This document shows positions 1 to 12,391 of a stretch of 20,000 nucleotides of DNA, piece by piece (position 1 is the first letter of the stretch; each line of letters begins with the position of its first letter). Below the pieces are notes generated by a model, which saw nothing but the letters and a program-made list of their open reading frames with translations, was not told the DNA's origin and made no database searches. The stretch comes from Trichinella spiralis (taxonomy: Eukaryota), in NCBI RefSeq assembly GCF_000181795.1, contig NW_003526944.1:2107389-2127388 (forward strand), given 5' to 3'. A program made the translations under genes and the position numbers.

Positions 1-3000
1 AGCGTCGATCATGCTGACGTCGTTGTCCGCTGTCGAATCTGCTGCAGTATTCTCCAAATTCACTCCATCTGCGCATATGGTCTCGTCGACAAGTGAAACA
101 AAATGCGCGGCATTTTCTTCCAACTTGGTCGAAAACGTCACCTCTGACAACTGATCATCACAAACGCTATTATTGTTACCAGTTATTTCTGCAAAATAAA
201 CATTAATAAGCAATAATATAACACTGTAAAAAAATCAATCGAAACACAACAAACCTGCATTAGCAATGGAATGGTCGTTGTTAGCATCGTTTTCGCTTCT
301 TCGCTTCCTTAATATGCATATGCCCAACTCCCGTTTGATGTCATTAATGAACGCGTCCTTCTCTGAACACTGGCTGGCAATTTTTCTCAAACATTTCTCC
401 TCTTCCAATGCTCGTGCAATTTCTTTCTTCCCCTAAACGATAGAACTTTTTCAGTTGCAAATAATAATAATTAACATAATTTAATTTTCAGGCTACTACT
501 TACAAAAGCATCCATCCGACGTCCAATTCTCAGGTAAAAACGATTTTGTCGGTTAAATTTCAAACAGTTGGCAATCATCAAGTTGAAATCGGCCATAAAT
601 TCATTCACATTCATGTATTCAAATTGAAGTACCTTTTTGCGCATTGTGCCCAAATCCATCGGATTGGAAATTATGGATCTATATCCGGGTACAATTTCCT
701 CGCTCACTGGTTGCGCAAACACTTCTTCGACATCAAAGGCAAGAAGTCTGTTAACGAGGTCAAGTAACAACAGCTTTATTGGAAAACAAACACTGTGCAT
801 TCTTTCCATTTCAAACAATAACTACAAACAAAAAAAGAAGCATGTATGAATGAATTCATCTTGAATAGACAAAATACTGTTAATGAAATTTCAAATGTCA
901 GATTGGGTTGGAAAATTGTAAAAAAAAAATCTCCAAGCAACAAAAATAAACTTTTCCCCACAAATTACCATTCTTTTCTTCAAAATTTCCCGTTTCTTGA
1001 AATCGCCAAGAACACTGCAAACGTTCCTCAATTCCCTTAGCATTGTCGGACGATCTATTTTCCGTGTTTCGGTATTTTCTGACTCCGCATCTTTCTTGTA
1101 TATAGCCTGTGAGGAGAAGGTGAAATTTGCAACGTGAAATTTCCACATGATAAATAAAAAAATACCAAAGTTGAAAAGCTCTCTTGAACACCACGCAGAA
1201 GAGGTACGCCCAAACGAGAATATCGCTTACACATCCAAAAGTTTACCAGTCGTTGAAAAAATATATCATCTGCAGACATACGTACAGAATTTGCAATTTG
1301 AATAAGTCTGTAATTGAAAAAAAAAGAAGAATATATAATTTGAAGAATTATATCCCAATCGTCGTCGTACCTGATCGTTGGAATGACAGGTAGCAGACCA
1401 ACGTAAGAAGCACTTCTCTTTTCTGCCAGCACTTTTCTAGCCTGACGAGCAACAACCTTTGACGATTCTTTTAAAACATCTATCGCTTCTCTGAAAGAAA
1501 AAAAAACAATCATCCTTGTCCCATGAGCAACCAATCAAATGTAAATCATTGGAAAAATATAAACTCTACTCGCTATTGTCCATTCATATTTACATAAAAG
1601 AAACTTCAGATCATAAATGTAGTATTATATATATATAAGTTTCGTACTCATTAACAACCACAGGTTCCACTACTTTGCTGACATTGGAAACTTCGTTCGG
1701 CGTGTGAACACCGCAATAGGAAATTTTTCGAACAACTTGCTCTTCAGCAGATACAGATGGATCAACGACTGGCTCAACTTTCATGTACAGATTAGCACCA
1801 AGTCCGCATGTGACATGAAAAGCAGTATAACAAGTCGGCACTTGACACTGGATGCAAGCTCCGACGTTGCGACGTTTGCAAATGTAACAAACAAGCTTCC
1901 AACGTGCTGCGGGGATTTCATTTAGACACTGAAAAATATATATTATAAATTAAATTGACTAGAGCATAATCGAATAACAACAAGATCACATCAACCTCGA
2001 TAGGTTCCAAGAAAACCAAATTAGCAAACTGAACTTCAGGAATCCACATTGCGCAAGCAACGTGAGCCCACCGACCGTCGTTTGTCTGCTTCACCGCGCC
2101 AGCACGGTTTGGACACAAACAACAATCGACACTCCTAGCCGGTGAAAGCTGACAACGCCTACAAAGCCATTGACCTTCGGGAATATACGGAACACCATAG
2201 CATTCCTGAAATAAAAATTAAAAATCAGCAACCAACATATTATTATTAAAATAAATAACAAACTTGATGAACAGGCATATTGCACATATCACAAAAAAGA
2301 ATAACATTCGTATTTTCACAATCTCCATCATTGCAAACACAACAAACCGCATCCTCATCCACAGGAGGACCCTGACCAATGCTAGGCACTTCAAAATAGG
2401 AAACCTTTTCCAAACGATCCATTACAAATTCCATCAGTTTTTTATTAATCGGAGCAAGGTTGATAGATTTTCTCTTGTCATTAATAAGTTTCAACCATAA
2501 ATTATCCTAAAAGTATTCTTCACATTTTCTTGTACAAATCAAAATTCACTTTACTCACTTCTTCATCCAAATCGTACGTAACATCTTTAATGAGGTCTTT
2601 ATAAGAAACATCCCTACACTTGATGTATGTTTTTGACAAAATAAAATTACGCCTAGAACGCTTGGGCGGAGCTTCTTCACACGGACGGCATTCAGCGTGG
2701 GGTAAGTGTTCTAAAAATAATCCATCATTAAACAAACTATTTAAAATATTTACGCAAATAACAATAAACGACGATAATAATCCAACAGCATTACCAAGTT
2801 TACTTTTAGGAGCTCTTTCGAATTTTGGAGTGAACAACAAATCTTTCCGTTTCAAAGGCGTATGGTTTCTACCACTATTGGGTGTACTTCGAGAGTCAAA
2901 AGAGATTCTTTTCTAAAAGAAAAGAAAAAAAAATCAAATCAAAGAACAGTAAATTTGCAAAGCTGACGGTTATTTCATTTAAGGCGTAAGCATAATTAAT

Positions 3001-4227
3001 AAAATTGAAAATATAAAAGTTTTATAACTTAAAAATAAAATAAAAACAATTATAAAATTCTTCATTCGCATTTGAAATTCTCATACAATATATGCACTTA
3101 AAAAATTAACTTCAAAATTTACATTCAAAAAATAACCAAAACACCTGACAACCTTAATCCATTACAGTCAACGAATTCTTGACCCTTTTGAAGTTAACAA
3201 AGAAAACCAGCTTAAAAACATGCTTTGCAATCAATTTGTAAAAGCAAAAAAGCTGTTTGGGTGTTAAATTCAAGAAGCGTTGTATTAAATTACAACAAAA
3301 AATATTTATTAAAATGCATAAATTTCATTAAATGCTCATTTTTGACAAACGCTGGCAACAATTACACGAGCATAAATAACTAACGGCATTAGAAACTCAA
3401 ATATAATAACAATCATACGAATCATCAAAATTTTTTAATTTTATAATACCACTGAAATAATGAAAAACATTCGGACTTAATTTAATATATTAAAATTCAA
3501 AGCATGAACGTTAAGATGAACAAAACTGAAAACAAAATTCGTTTGAATTTGCACCAGGAACAAATGCTATTTACAACAAAATGTAGACAAAGACAGCTAA
3601 AAATAAATTAAAATTGTGTAATTCGTGTTTGAAAAATCTTCGTTAGCAATAAAATATAATAACCACTTTAGTGACCACAAAAACACAATTAACAGTGTTG
3701 AAATAAGTAACTAAATTTATATGTATATACAAGGTACAGATCAAACTAAAAGAAGATCAAGACCGGAACAGCAAAACAAAACAATTGAAAGTAAAAATGA
3801 ATAACGACAAAACAATTTTTAGCATCTGAAAATACAATTGAGAAAAGACTGATGCATTTTTGAAACTTAAAAATAAAGATAAGTTTCAGAGCTTAGAAAA
3901 TATATAAAGTGCTAAACTGCAAAAAATGCTTACTTCAACTGCTGACGCCAATTGAAACTTAAATTTTCCATCAATGCCACTAATGTCCACTTCATAAATT
4001 GAATGCAAATCATGCTGATGTTCAATAACATCTTCTTTGGGATTTTTGCAGACCAGCGGAGTTTTCTTTTTATTCAATGTTTCATGAATTGCATGCTTAA
4101 AGTGATATCGAATACCAGAGAAGCTTTTGTAGGAGCTACCACAGTTATCTATTGGGCATACAAATGGAGGACCCTTTCCTTTCAAGTCAGATAAAAGTCG
4201 ATATGCCGTAACGTGATCAAGCTTCAT
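1..4227 (-). CDS. BRPF1: Peregrin/BRPF1-family bromodomain and PHD finger scaffold of MOZ/HBO1-type HAT complexes (3' end outside window)
   Basis: Manually spliced phase-compatible exons: 4227-3934, 2912-2795, 2710-2559, 2506-2264, 2205-1996, 1928-1648, 1490-1371, 1307-1166, 1106-969, 821-504, 432-255, 188-<1. Domains: N-terminal C2H2 finger ([23 protein letters not shown]), EPC-like YDLDEEDNLWL, PHD1 ([51 protein letters not shown]), Zn knuckle ([28 protein letters not shown]), PHD2 ([10 protein letters not shown]...TAFHVTC) and bromodomain (FAQPV...[16 protein letters not shown]...NCLKFN). Confidence 0.95.
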
Positions 4228-5347
4228 CACTCAGTAAAAAATCTTCAACTCGAGTATCAAGATAGTGCTACTTAAAATTATTGAAATGTATTCCTCATAT
4301 GGATTAAAATTCTCATAAAACCGTGTCCTGGAAATAAGTTTTACAGAAAATGAACAACTGAAAACAATCCAACGCCAATCTTTCTAGGAGTTATACGTAC
4401 AGTAAATTTTAAAATACTTACAAGTCTTAATTTTATACAGTGCGAAATTATTCAAAATTTGAAATAATATAAATACTTCATTTCCAAACTGTTTGTAAAA
4501 TACTTTTAAAATACACATTTCAACTTCTTATTCTAATTTGTTTTTCAAAAAGCAAATGAGAAAAAGCAATTCGTTCCAAATTTACATAGATATTAAAATT
4601 CCTTTTTGTTGAAAACAGAACTGAAATATCACTTCTAAAATTTATCCAATTAATAAAAAAATAATTTTTTTGAAATATTAATGTTTTAAAATATATTAAA
4701 TTACCTAAAAGTAAATTTACTAGAAAATTAATGTTATCGATTGCAAAAAAAAATAAATTTCAAAAATTATGCTCATATAACATTAAAAAAATATTTTATT
4801 GCATGCTTAGATTATTTTTTTCATTTTTCAGATTATTTTAATTAAAAAATGAATGATAATAAAAAATTAAATCTTAACTGCAATCATACTGTAGTGTCCT
4901 AAATAAACAAATTTTAATTTGTTACATAATTTGTAATACCTTTTTTGTTTTAAAAAAATACTTTTAAAATTAGTTTTTCAAGCAAATTTGTAATATTTTC
5001 CCATTTTTCACATCACACTGCTTGGGGCATTGACACATCATTACAGTACATAAAAATGAGTTCCAAAACTAATGATTAGGTAGATTCTTGTTGCTTGAAA
5101 TTTTTACCATATTTTGAATTCAATTCTTCTGTTTCAACTATATGATAAGGAAGCTTATTAAAAGCAAATAATAAATGCAACTATGACATGTTTAATACAA
5201 GTACAGAAGGAACACTGGCAACAACTAATTTAACAAAAAGAAAAAAGTTTGCTTCTGATCATTTACATAATTTTGAATTTAACTTAGTATGAAGCTGAAA
5301 TGCAAACAATGAACCATCAATAATAGTGAATACATGAACCTAGCGGT

Positions 5348-7415
5348 TCATGACAATTTTACATCGTCGGAAAGCTTCATCCGAACCCTATGCTCAAGCC
5401 ACTCAGCCTCACCTTCTGTTAATCGCACGTTTCCCACATGGTGGTGTTTCAAAATCAACGATAACTAAATAATTTTCATTAAAAAACATATATAATACAT
5501 TTCTGAAATTTTACCGTAACCGGTGTGATGTTTTTCTGCACTGTCACCATTATCTCTATGAAAACCTTGTTCCCACATCGTTTCACAACTCCTCTTAAAA
5601 ATACAAATAATTGCACAGTCATAATAATAATAATAATAATAGTAGTAGTAAAATCCAATGTTAAGTGACTTACTCTGCTTCATCTTTAGGTGACTCTTGA
5701 CTTTCTTCCGAAAATTGAGTCGAATAAACAAACTTGGGAACTCTGATTTCCCCAATAGGAAGAGAAACCTAATTCAATATCAAAAGTATTCGTACACGTA
5801 CCAAAAAAATTCTTTTAATCATAAATAAAAAACACTTTTATATTTTCATTTTCACTCGCATCAGGTAACAAAAATAATGCTACATCCATCAATGAGCCAT
5901 TAGTGATGGTTATTATAACTTTTGTCTCCTTTAAAAAAGCAAAATTTCAATTTTAGCATACTGTATACACTGCTAACAACAATACATAACTTGTAAATAA
6001 ATTGGCAAAAGTAAAACAAATTCAATACTTCGTTAAGTTTGAAATCAACCTGCTCAGCGAGTCGTAGTTCTGGAACGATTAAAGGAGCTGAATAATTTAT
6101 CTTGAACTTTATTGATTCTGGCACATATTCTCCTTTTGAAATGTTATGATCGCATTGCTAAAACACTTTACAGTATTCAATTAAAAAAATACTTTTACAA
6201 AAAAAACATTCTCGTTACCGGGCAACGCAGCGACTGTTTAACAAGCAACTGCTTTTTCACTGGCAGCAAATCCTTCACATAACGAGGCTGAAGAAGCGGC
6301 TGTCTTAATCGCTGTTCCATTGATGTAACTGAAGAAAAAGAATAAACAAAGTCAACATGTAATTTATTTGTTACAATTAATCGAAATATTATTTGGAGCA
6401 ACTAATAATAAATATTCTAAATTTCGTGTTGAAATTACGAAGCCAAAGATTACCATCTGAGATAAATAATGAATTGACAAATACAGAACTATCCAACGGT
6501 TCGACATCTTCACTTGATTCATAAAGAGGTGAAAAAGATTCCAAACTTGTGGACATTTGCTGCTTTGTCAAAAAATCGTGCATCGGAAACTTATCCTATT
6601 TTAAAATTTTGTAAAAAATAACATTTTTCAAATTTCAATGGCAAACTTTTTTACTGGATGAAATTGAAATAATGATAAACGTTTCGGCATGAATTTCTTT
6701 CTCTCAATCTGTAATTTTTCCATTCTCGCCATCTGTCGGAATCGTTCCATAATACATTTCAACTAAAATATCCAAGCGTAGTAGGAAATTTTAAAATATA
6801 AAATAAAACACAACTACTTCTTTGGCATAAGGTGGTTCGGGCTGGTTGCATTTTTCTATGATGGATTTGTCATCAGGAATTCCAGCTTCTAACGATGACC
6901 ACATACATGTGAAACACTGAAGTCGAAACTGCTTGTTATTATTCTTTTCACTTTCATTTTCATTCGATTTCTGAAGCAGAAAGTTAATTAACAGAATTTA
7001 AACAAATCCAACCACAAATTTCTACTTCCAAATCGCCGGAATTTGCATTTCCGCATTTTACACGAATCTCAAGCTTCGCACCGCACACTGGACAATCACA
7101 GCAAACTTCGCACCTGAAATATTGATGACCAAACAAATTTACAAATATAAATAAAGCAAACCTATTTTTTGTCGCTCTAGCTTCTGCAATTGATCGGTTT
7201 TCCATGCACTGGGCACAAAAAATACTGTCCACCTTAAAGTTATTAAATTGAAAATTTCAATGATAAAGAATAGATGATTCCAAAACCTCTGGCTTTGCAC
7301 AGTTGTAACATCGAAAGCAGATGCAGTGTTTGCAAAAATAAAGTTCACACAACGGAAGCCAGCGTTGACATGAACAAAAATACAATGTTCTCTGAATATC
7401 ATAAAGCGTGCTCAT
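5348..7415 (-). CDS. DCTN4: Dynactin subunit 4 (p62), ~437 aa, 12 exons
   Basis: Exons 7415-7287, 7232-7162, 7113-7026, 6970-6818, 6762-6655, 6595-6454, 6328-6219, 6157-6029, 5928-5836, 5768-5674, 5593-5515, 5464-5348, all GT-AG and in phase. Characteristic motifs: LYFCKHC..RC..C..EVDSIFCAQCMEN..AEARATKNRC..C.DCPVC; TSMEQRLRQP; LLVKQSLRCPQCDHNISKGEY.P.SIKFKI; C-terminal EWLEHRV. Confidence 0.93.
5621..5650. repeat. Compound trinucleotide microsatellite (ATA)n(GTA)n in a DCTN4 intron
   Basis: ataataataataataataatagtagtagta read directly; it produces the poly-Tyr run in spurious ORF 5465..5755. Confidence 0.85.
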
Positions 7416-9114
7416 TACCGCTATATGAGAAAACTGCAAATAAGAATTTATCTTATTAAAATGCATTAACAGCATCTACAAGATTAAATTATTCAAACTG
7501 TTATCATTTATCTGAAATCAACTACTAACATAGTAACAAAGTGAAAATAATCACAATTCTCTTTTAATTAATAACAATAATTGCAAACCAAAATAGAATT
7601 TACAATTCTAATTACTGAAATTAAATGCTACTTTTTATTAGTTACTTTAGTTAATTTAAATTATATACTTTAGAAATTATAACAAAGTTATTATGAAGTA
7701 AAACAACAGTTTTCATAAAATGATAAATTATTTGACATAATAAATGAAGCTTTTTTTTGTAATTTATAAGTTCAAAATCATGCTTATTACAAATATCACC
7801 AGATTTTATAACATTACCTATGACAGTTGCTGATGCTTTTCATACAGTATTACAAACGTTATTTTCAGGTTTTATTGTGTATTACTTTGCATAAAAATTT
7901 CGAAAGTAGAACAATTTTAATCAAAGAGATACATACTGTCCATTTTATTTTGCTAACAGCTACAGTTTCTTAAAATTACGAATAAAAATGAAATGGTTCT
8001 GAAAAGTTTCTGAATCTTAATAATAATGAGATCGTTTTTTAGAATTTGGAAAAACATATCTTATTTGCTTAGCAATGTAATTTCAACAGAGATTGTTTCG
8101 CCAAAGTATTACTTAAAATAAAATGACAGAGAAATTTTCACCAAATTTGAATAGTTCAAATTGTGCGCAGAGTTCGAATCCTTCGGCGGGCGAGTCAGTT
8201 TTCAGTAAAAGCGACGGCAATGTCGGATGAAAAGCAGCGTGGGCTTTAAATATTATCAAAGAAATCCTCAAGAAAAGTATAAATTATGATAATAATGCGC
8301 GAATTTTCGAAGGCTTCCAACGAAAAATACAGTGGTAAATGGCAATGCATAGTTATTTTAAATATACTTCTGTAAATTGCATGTTCTACATCGCAGAAGA
8401 ATATTTTATATTTGTTTGGAAGTGAACTGCTTACTTTCATTAAAGAAATTAATGCTTTTATAATTCTTATTATAATGACTTTCTGTTTACTATATACATA
8501 GCGCGCTTTATGGCATTTAATGATTTTATATCGACTTCAATGCCACTTTTAACAGAAAAGAAAAAAATAAATCACGTCATCGCATATGTAGCTTGTACTG
8601 TTGATTCACTGATTTTTCAATAATTTGCTTCACTTTTACATGGCATTTGGACATAATTGAATAAACCAACGCTTGACTTACTTTCCTATTTATCCAGCTG
8701 CAATCTTTCTTTGTAATACGCTTCAGATTTCTTTCTGTCTGCTTTTCAGTAACATTCTTGAATGGATTCTGCGCAAGTTGAGTGAAATTTTTCTTTAGTG
8801 TTTTAATAATGCTAGGATAACACTAATGAGAACAGACAAATATCACGAATAAATATATAAATAAATATAACAAAATTAAACAGTTTATTTCAAAATGACA
8901 TATTTATGGTGAACACAAAATACATATAATTTGAAGAAAGAAATATTTATGGAAAATAAATAAATGTGATCAGCAGCTGTAGTACAACTTTTCAATATAC
9001 TTCGTATGTAAAACCGACTTTCAAACATATCTACAAAATAGCACCTTATGAAAAGTGCTAATATCTCGATTACTTTTTCTTTCTTATTCACTAACTTTGC
9101 TTTACCAAAAAATC

Positions 9115-10566
9115 TCAGCGACAGCTTTCATGAAATGCAATAATTTTGGTGTCACGAAATTCGCGAATGCATGATGGAAGATTGTCTTTCAAAATCTTCT
9201 TACAGTATATGCATGGTTCAGAGTAAATATTTCGATAGTAATGCAGCCAATTCTAAAAAAAATCAATTCGTGAAACGATTCAACAATTGCACTAGTCATT
9301 ATGTTGAAATCGAGAAAATCTTAATTGCATTATCATATCTAAAATTATCTTACTTCATATTAAAAAAAACATTACACAATTTTCTTCATTTCAAATAAAA
9401 GTTAAATTATTTTATACAATAGCAGTTTCTATTTATACTTCAATTGTAAAACAACATGCAATTATAAACTAAAAAATAAGTATTAGTAATAATGCTTCAA
9501 AAAACTTACAAAAAACTGACGAATTAAAGTTTGTGGAAGTTGCAAGTTTGAATAGGATGAATTAAACTGTGCTATCATGCATTTTACATTTTCAGTCATT
9601 TTTTGAAATACGATGTACTGTGAAGGTTTGTATATGTCTCCCTACAAAAAGAACATTAATAAAAAATACATAAAGTCAAATAAATAAACACTTTTTCCAA
9701 ACAGTTCTGATTAAGTTCTTCTGGGCCTTTAACATTTGCCCATTCGATCTGCAACCCCCTCAGCAAAATAGCCACTTTAAAAATAGTACAGGGTCCACGT
9801 AAAGCATCTACAGCTGAAGTCTGTACATTGAAACTTACCTAGAAAGCAAAAGTTAAAAAAGACACTGGAAAATTAAACGTTTACCAAAAGCATAAATACA
9901 CTTCGTCCAAGTGGAAGGCTAAAAATGTGAACGCCTGGAAACTGACGTTGAATCATCGGAAATAAATGGCTTAAAAATCTGAAAATATCTTATTATAACA
10001 TATTAATAAAATATTTAAATAAATACCCACGTAAGATTCACTTGAAGAAATACAGGCAGAAATACCTTTCGTAGACACCTTGATTGACTTCTCCGAGACA
10101 TTTGACTCACAAAATTATACAACCATTGAGCACTTTCTCGAATACGTTTCACCCATTCATAAACATATACAATATCAGGATAAATTTGTGCTTCATCAGT
10201 GCAATAACTTCTAATTTGCTGGTTTAAATTAGGGTGTAGAAACTGCACCGGCTGTTTGGACAAGGAAACGGCACATTTTTCGAGAATTCTGTAAAATTAA
10301 TTTGAAAAGTAAAAAAAGTACAATTTACTTTCAATCAAATACTCGAAGTTATCCATAATTTTCTGCAGAGTAGATTTAAAATTTAACCAAAGATCAGATT
10401 CTTCCGCTTTTTCATCCGTAACAGGAGTTTCACGAATATCTTTCAACGTATCAAACAATCTGCTCATTGATTGCCTCAAATCGCGAACTGCTCGCAAACC
10501 TTGCATCACAGTAACTTCAGCTAGTTCAATAGGAACACTAACAGTGCCCGACTGATTTTGATTCAT
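9115..10566 (-). CDS. MED27: Mediator complex subunit 27, ~330 aa, 6 exons
   Basis: Exons 10566-10343, 10288-10031, 9978-9885, 9838-9692, 9641-9510, 9252-9115. Motifs: LRAVRDLRQSMSRLFDTLKD; FKVAILLRGLQIEWANVKG; SQYIVFQKMTE; C-terminal Zn site WLHYYRNIYSEPCIYCKKILKDNLPSCIREFR...FHESCR*. Confidence 0.9.
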
Positions 10567-11256
10567 TGGATATATCTTTCTCACCACTAAACAGTTACAT
10601 AAAGATATTAATTTTTGATCTTTGTTCATGAAATATGCAAAAGTATTGAAATTGAATATTTAGATAGAAAAACATCATTGAAATAAAAACTTCTGCAAAG
10701 AACTACTGAGCAAAGTTTTCAAAGAAGTTTAATTGGCGTACTGTAGAAATGAAGGTTTAAATTAATGACTGTAACAGAATACAGTTTCATTTCAAAAATT
10801 GAATTTAATGATTTCGTACCAATAAGTGCAAAAAAATAGAATTTACTTTTTCGCATTTAGTACTTTTACCATCAGATTTTGCACCATTCTAAACCATATT
10901 AAAAATTATTCCTTCTTACTGATTACTGTAATAGATAATTTTATTCTATGCAGATTCTCTAATGCATTTTACTTTTTATGTTTGTAATTTTAATGAACTA
11001 GGTAACAGGCAAATACTACATAGTTAATGTAACGACGACTTCTTCGTACTGTTTTTGATTTGATAAGTTATAATTAGAATAAAAGTATTTAAATATTTTT
11101 CATCTCTTAAACAAATTTGCCAAGATTTTTGTTTTCTTCTCTTTAAAGTATACGTAAAATGTAATTTAATGCTTTAAAACAACTTTCGGTTTCTTTTACA
11201 TGACATTATAAACATACATACACTCTCTGATCGATTTTAGATTATTTTTTCTAGGA
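10567..11256. promoter_or_regulatory. Putative bidirectional promoter region between divergent MED27 and TMEM126-like genes
   Basis: About 690 bp of AT-rich sequence between head-to-head ATGs. Acceptor-like sites precede both starts: tgtttag 20 nt before the MED27 ATG and ttttttctag 2 nt before the ATG at 11257. Promoter function is inferred from geometry only. Confidence 0.45.
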
Positions 11257-12167
11257 ATGGACGTTCCTAGTATATGGCATAGCAGTGTTAAAAAGTCCGC
11301 TGATTCTGAGCAAAATAATTCACCTGAAAACAGTAAATCGTCCTTTAAAACACTGATTAAACTTGTGACGCCACAGGAGCGGCAAAATGTATTATTCAAT
11401 ATTGTGTGGTATTGGCCAATCGATTTTGATCGCCGAGCACTATTATTAACTTCTGCACTTGTAAACTTGATGTCTGGCCTCTCAGGTTTGTACATTTCAA
11501 GGATTATCCGACAACAGTTCTTTCTTGGCTCTGTTGGCTTGATTCGAAGCACAATGTCCAGTTATCTTCTATCCGCTAGTTTAAATGCAGCAGCATATTT
11601 CACGCTCATTTGGAAACCTATTAATGACACGATACTGGCTGGTGATACATCACTCTACAGTCCTTGTCCAGTATGCTTTGAAATTAGACAAGTAGCTGTG
11701 AATCTTACGTGCGGTGTGTTAATACCAATTTTATCCTCGCCGATTCACTGCGCTTATTTAGTCGAAAGTACAAAAGCATATGAAATTCCTCATATTCGTC
11801 AATTTCGACGATGGAATGCATACCTGTGGTCGAAAATTAAACCCCTGAAAATGCCTTTTCTCTGCGTCGCAGCTGTACAGACAGTGGTCTCATCTGCATG
11901 TCTTTATTTGCAGATGGCTAGCTTGCAGCGAATTTCAGATGCTTTAGAAGTTGACGATGAAATCTCGTCTCAGTTTTTCAAAGCCAGCTTCCAAGAAACT
12001 ACCAGTACTACTAACCATATTGATCGATTCAAAGCCTGGTTTGGAAACATGTTCAATAAAACAGTGAGATGTTGTTTAAAAATAGTGCCGTTATATTATT
12101 TTACAAAAATTTACTTATTTTTGTTTTTTAGAAATGGAAGAATGAAGAATCAACGAATTTTAATTAG
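11257..12167 (+). CDS. TMEM126: TMEM126 family (DUF1370) mitochondrial inner-membrane protein
   Basis: Four hydrophobic segments plus a CPVCFEIR..V...GVLIP motif typical of TMEM126. A likely terminal intron at 12064-12131 (gtgaga...tttttag) gives the end NKT|KWKNEESTNFN* at 12167; the unspliced ORF ends at 12171. Confidence 0.72.
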
Positions 12168-12391
12168 ATGAAAATTGAATATTAAAATGAGTCCTACTTA
12201 ATGATTGCAATATATGAACACATGTATCTCGAATGGGATAAAAGATATATTTCTTTAAGGTTATATTTTGAAGCGCAAATAACGTTTTCATATTAAATTA
12301 GCAAGAGAATGCTCGCCAGAAACAACATAACTTGAAAGGCATTTCATACTGTAAGTAAAGCAAGCGATTTTGTTTTTTTATTTTCATTCAT

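Noticed and set aside
8163..8193. tRNA T-arm/B-box-like GCGCAGAGTTCGAATCCTTCGGCGGGCG
   Set aside because: The T-stem does not pair, and no A-box, D-arm or anticodon arm lies upstream. At most a tRNA/SINE relic; tRNAscan-SE would settle it.
8199..8520. Plus-strand ttttcag followed by ATG (MSDEKQ...) as a small gene
   Set aside because: The unspliced ORF is 9 codons, and plausible splicing gives only ~19 aa with weak splice sites and no recognisable homology.
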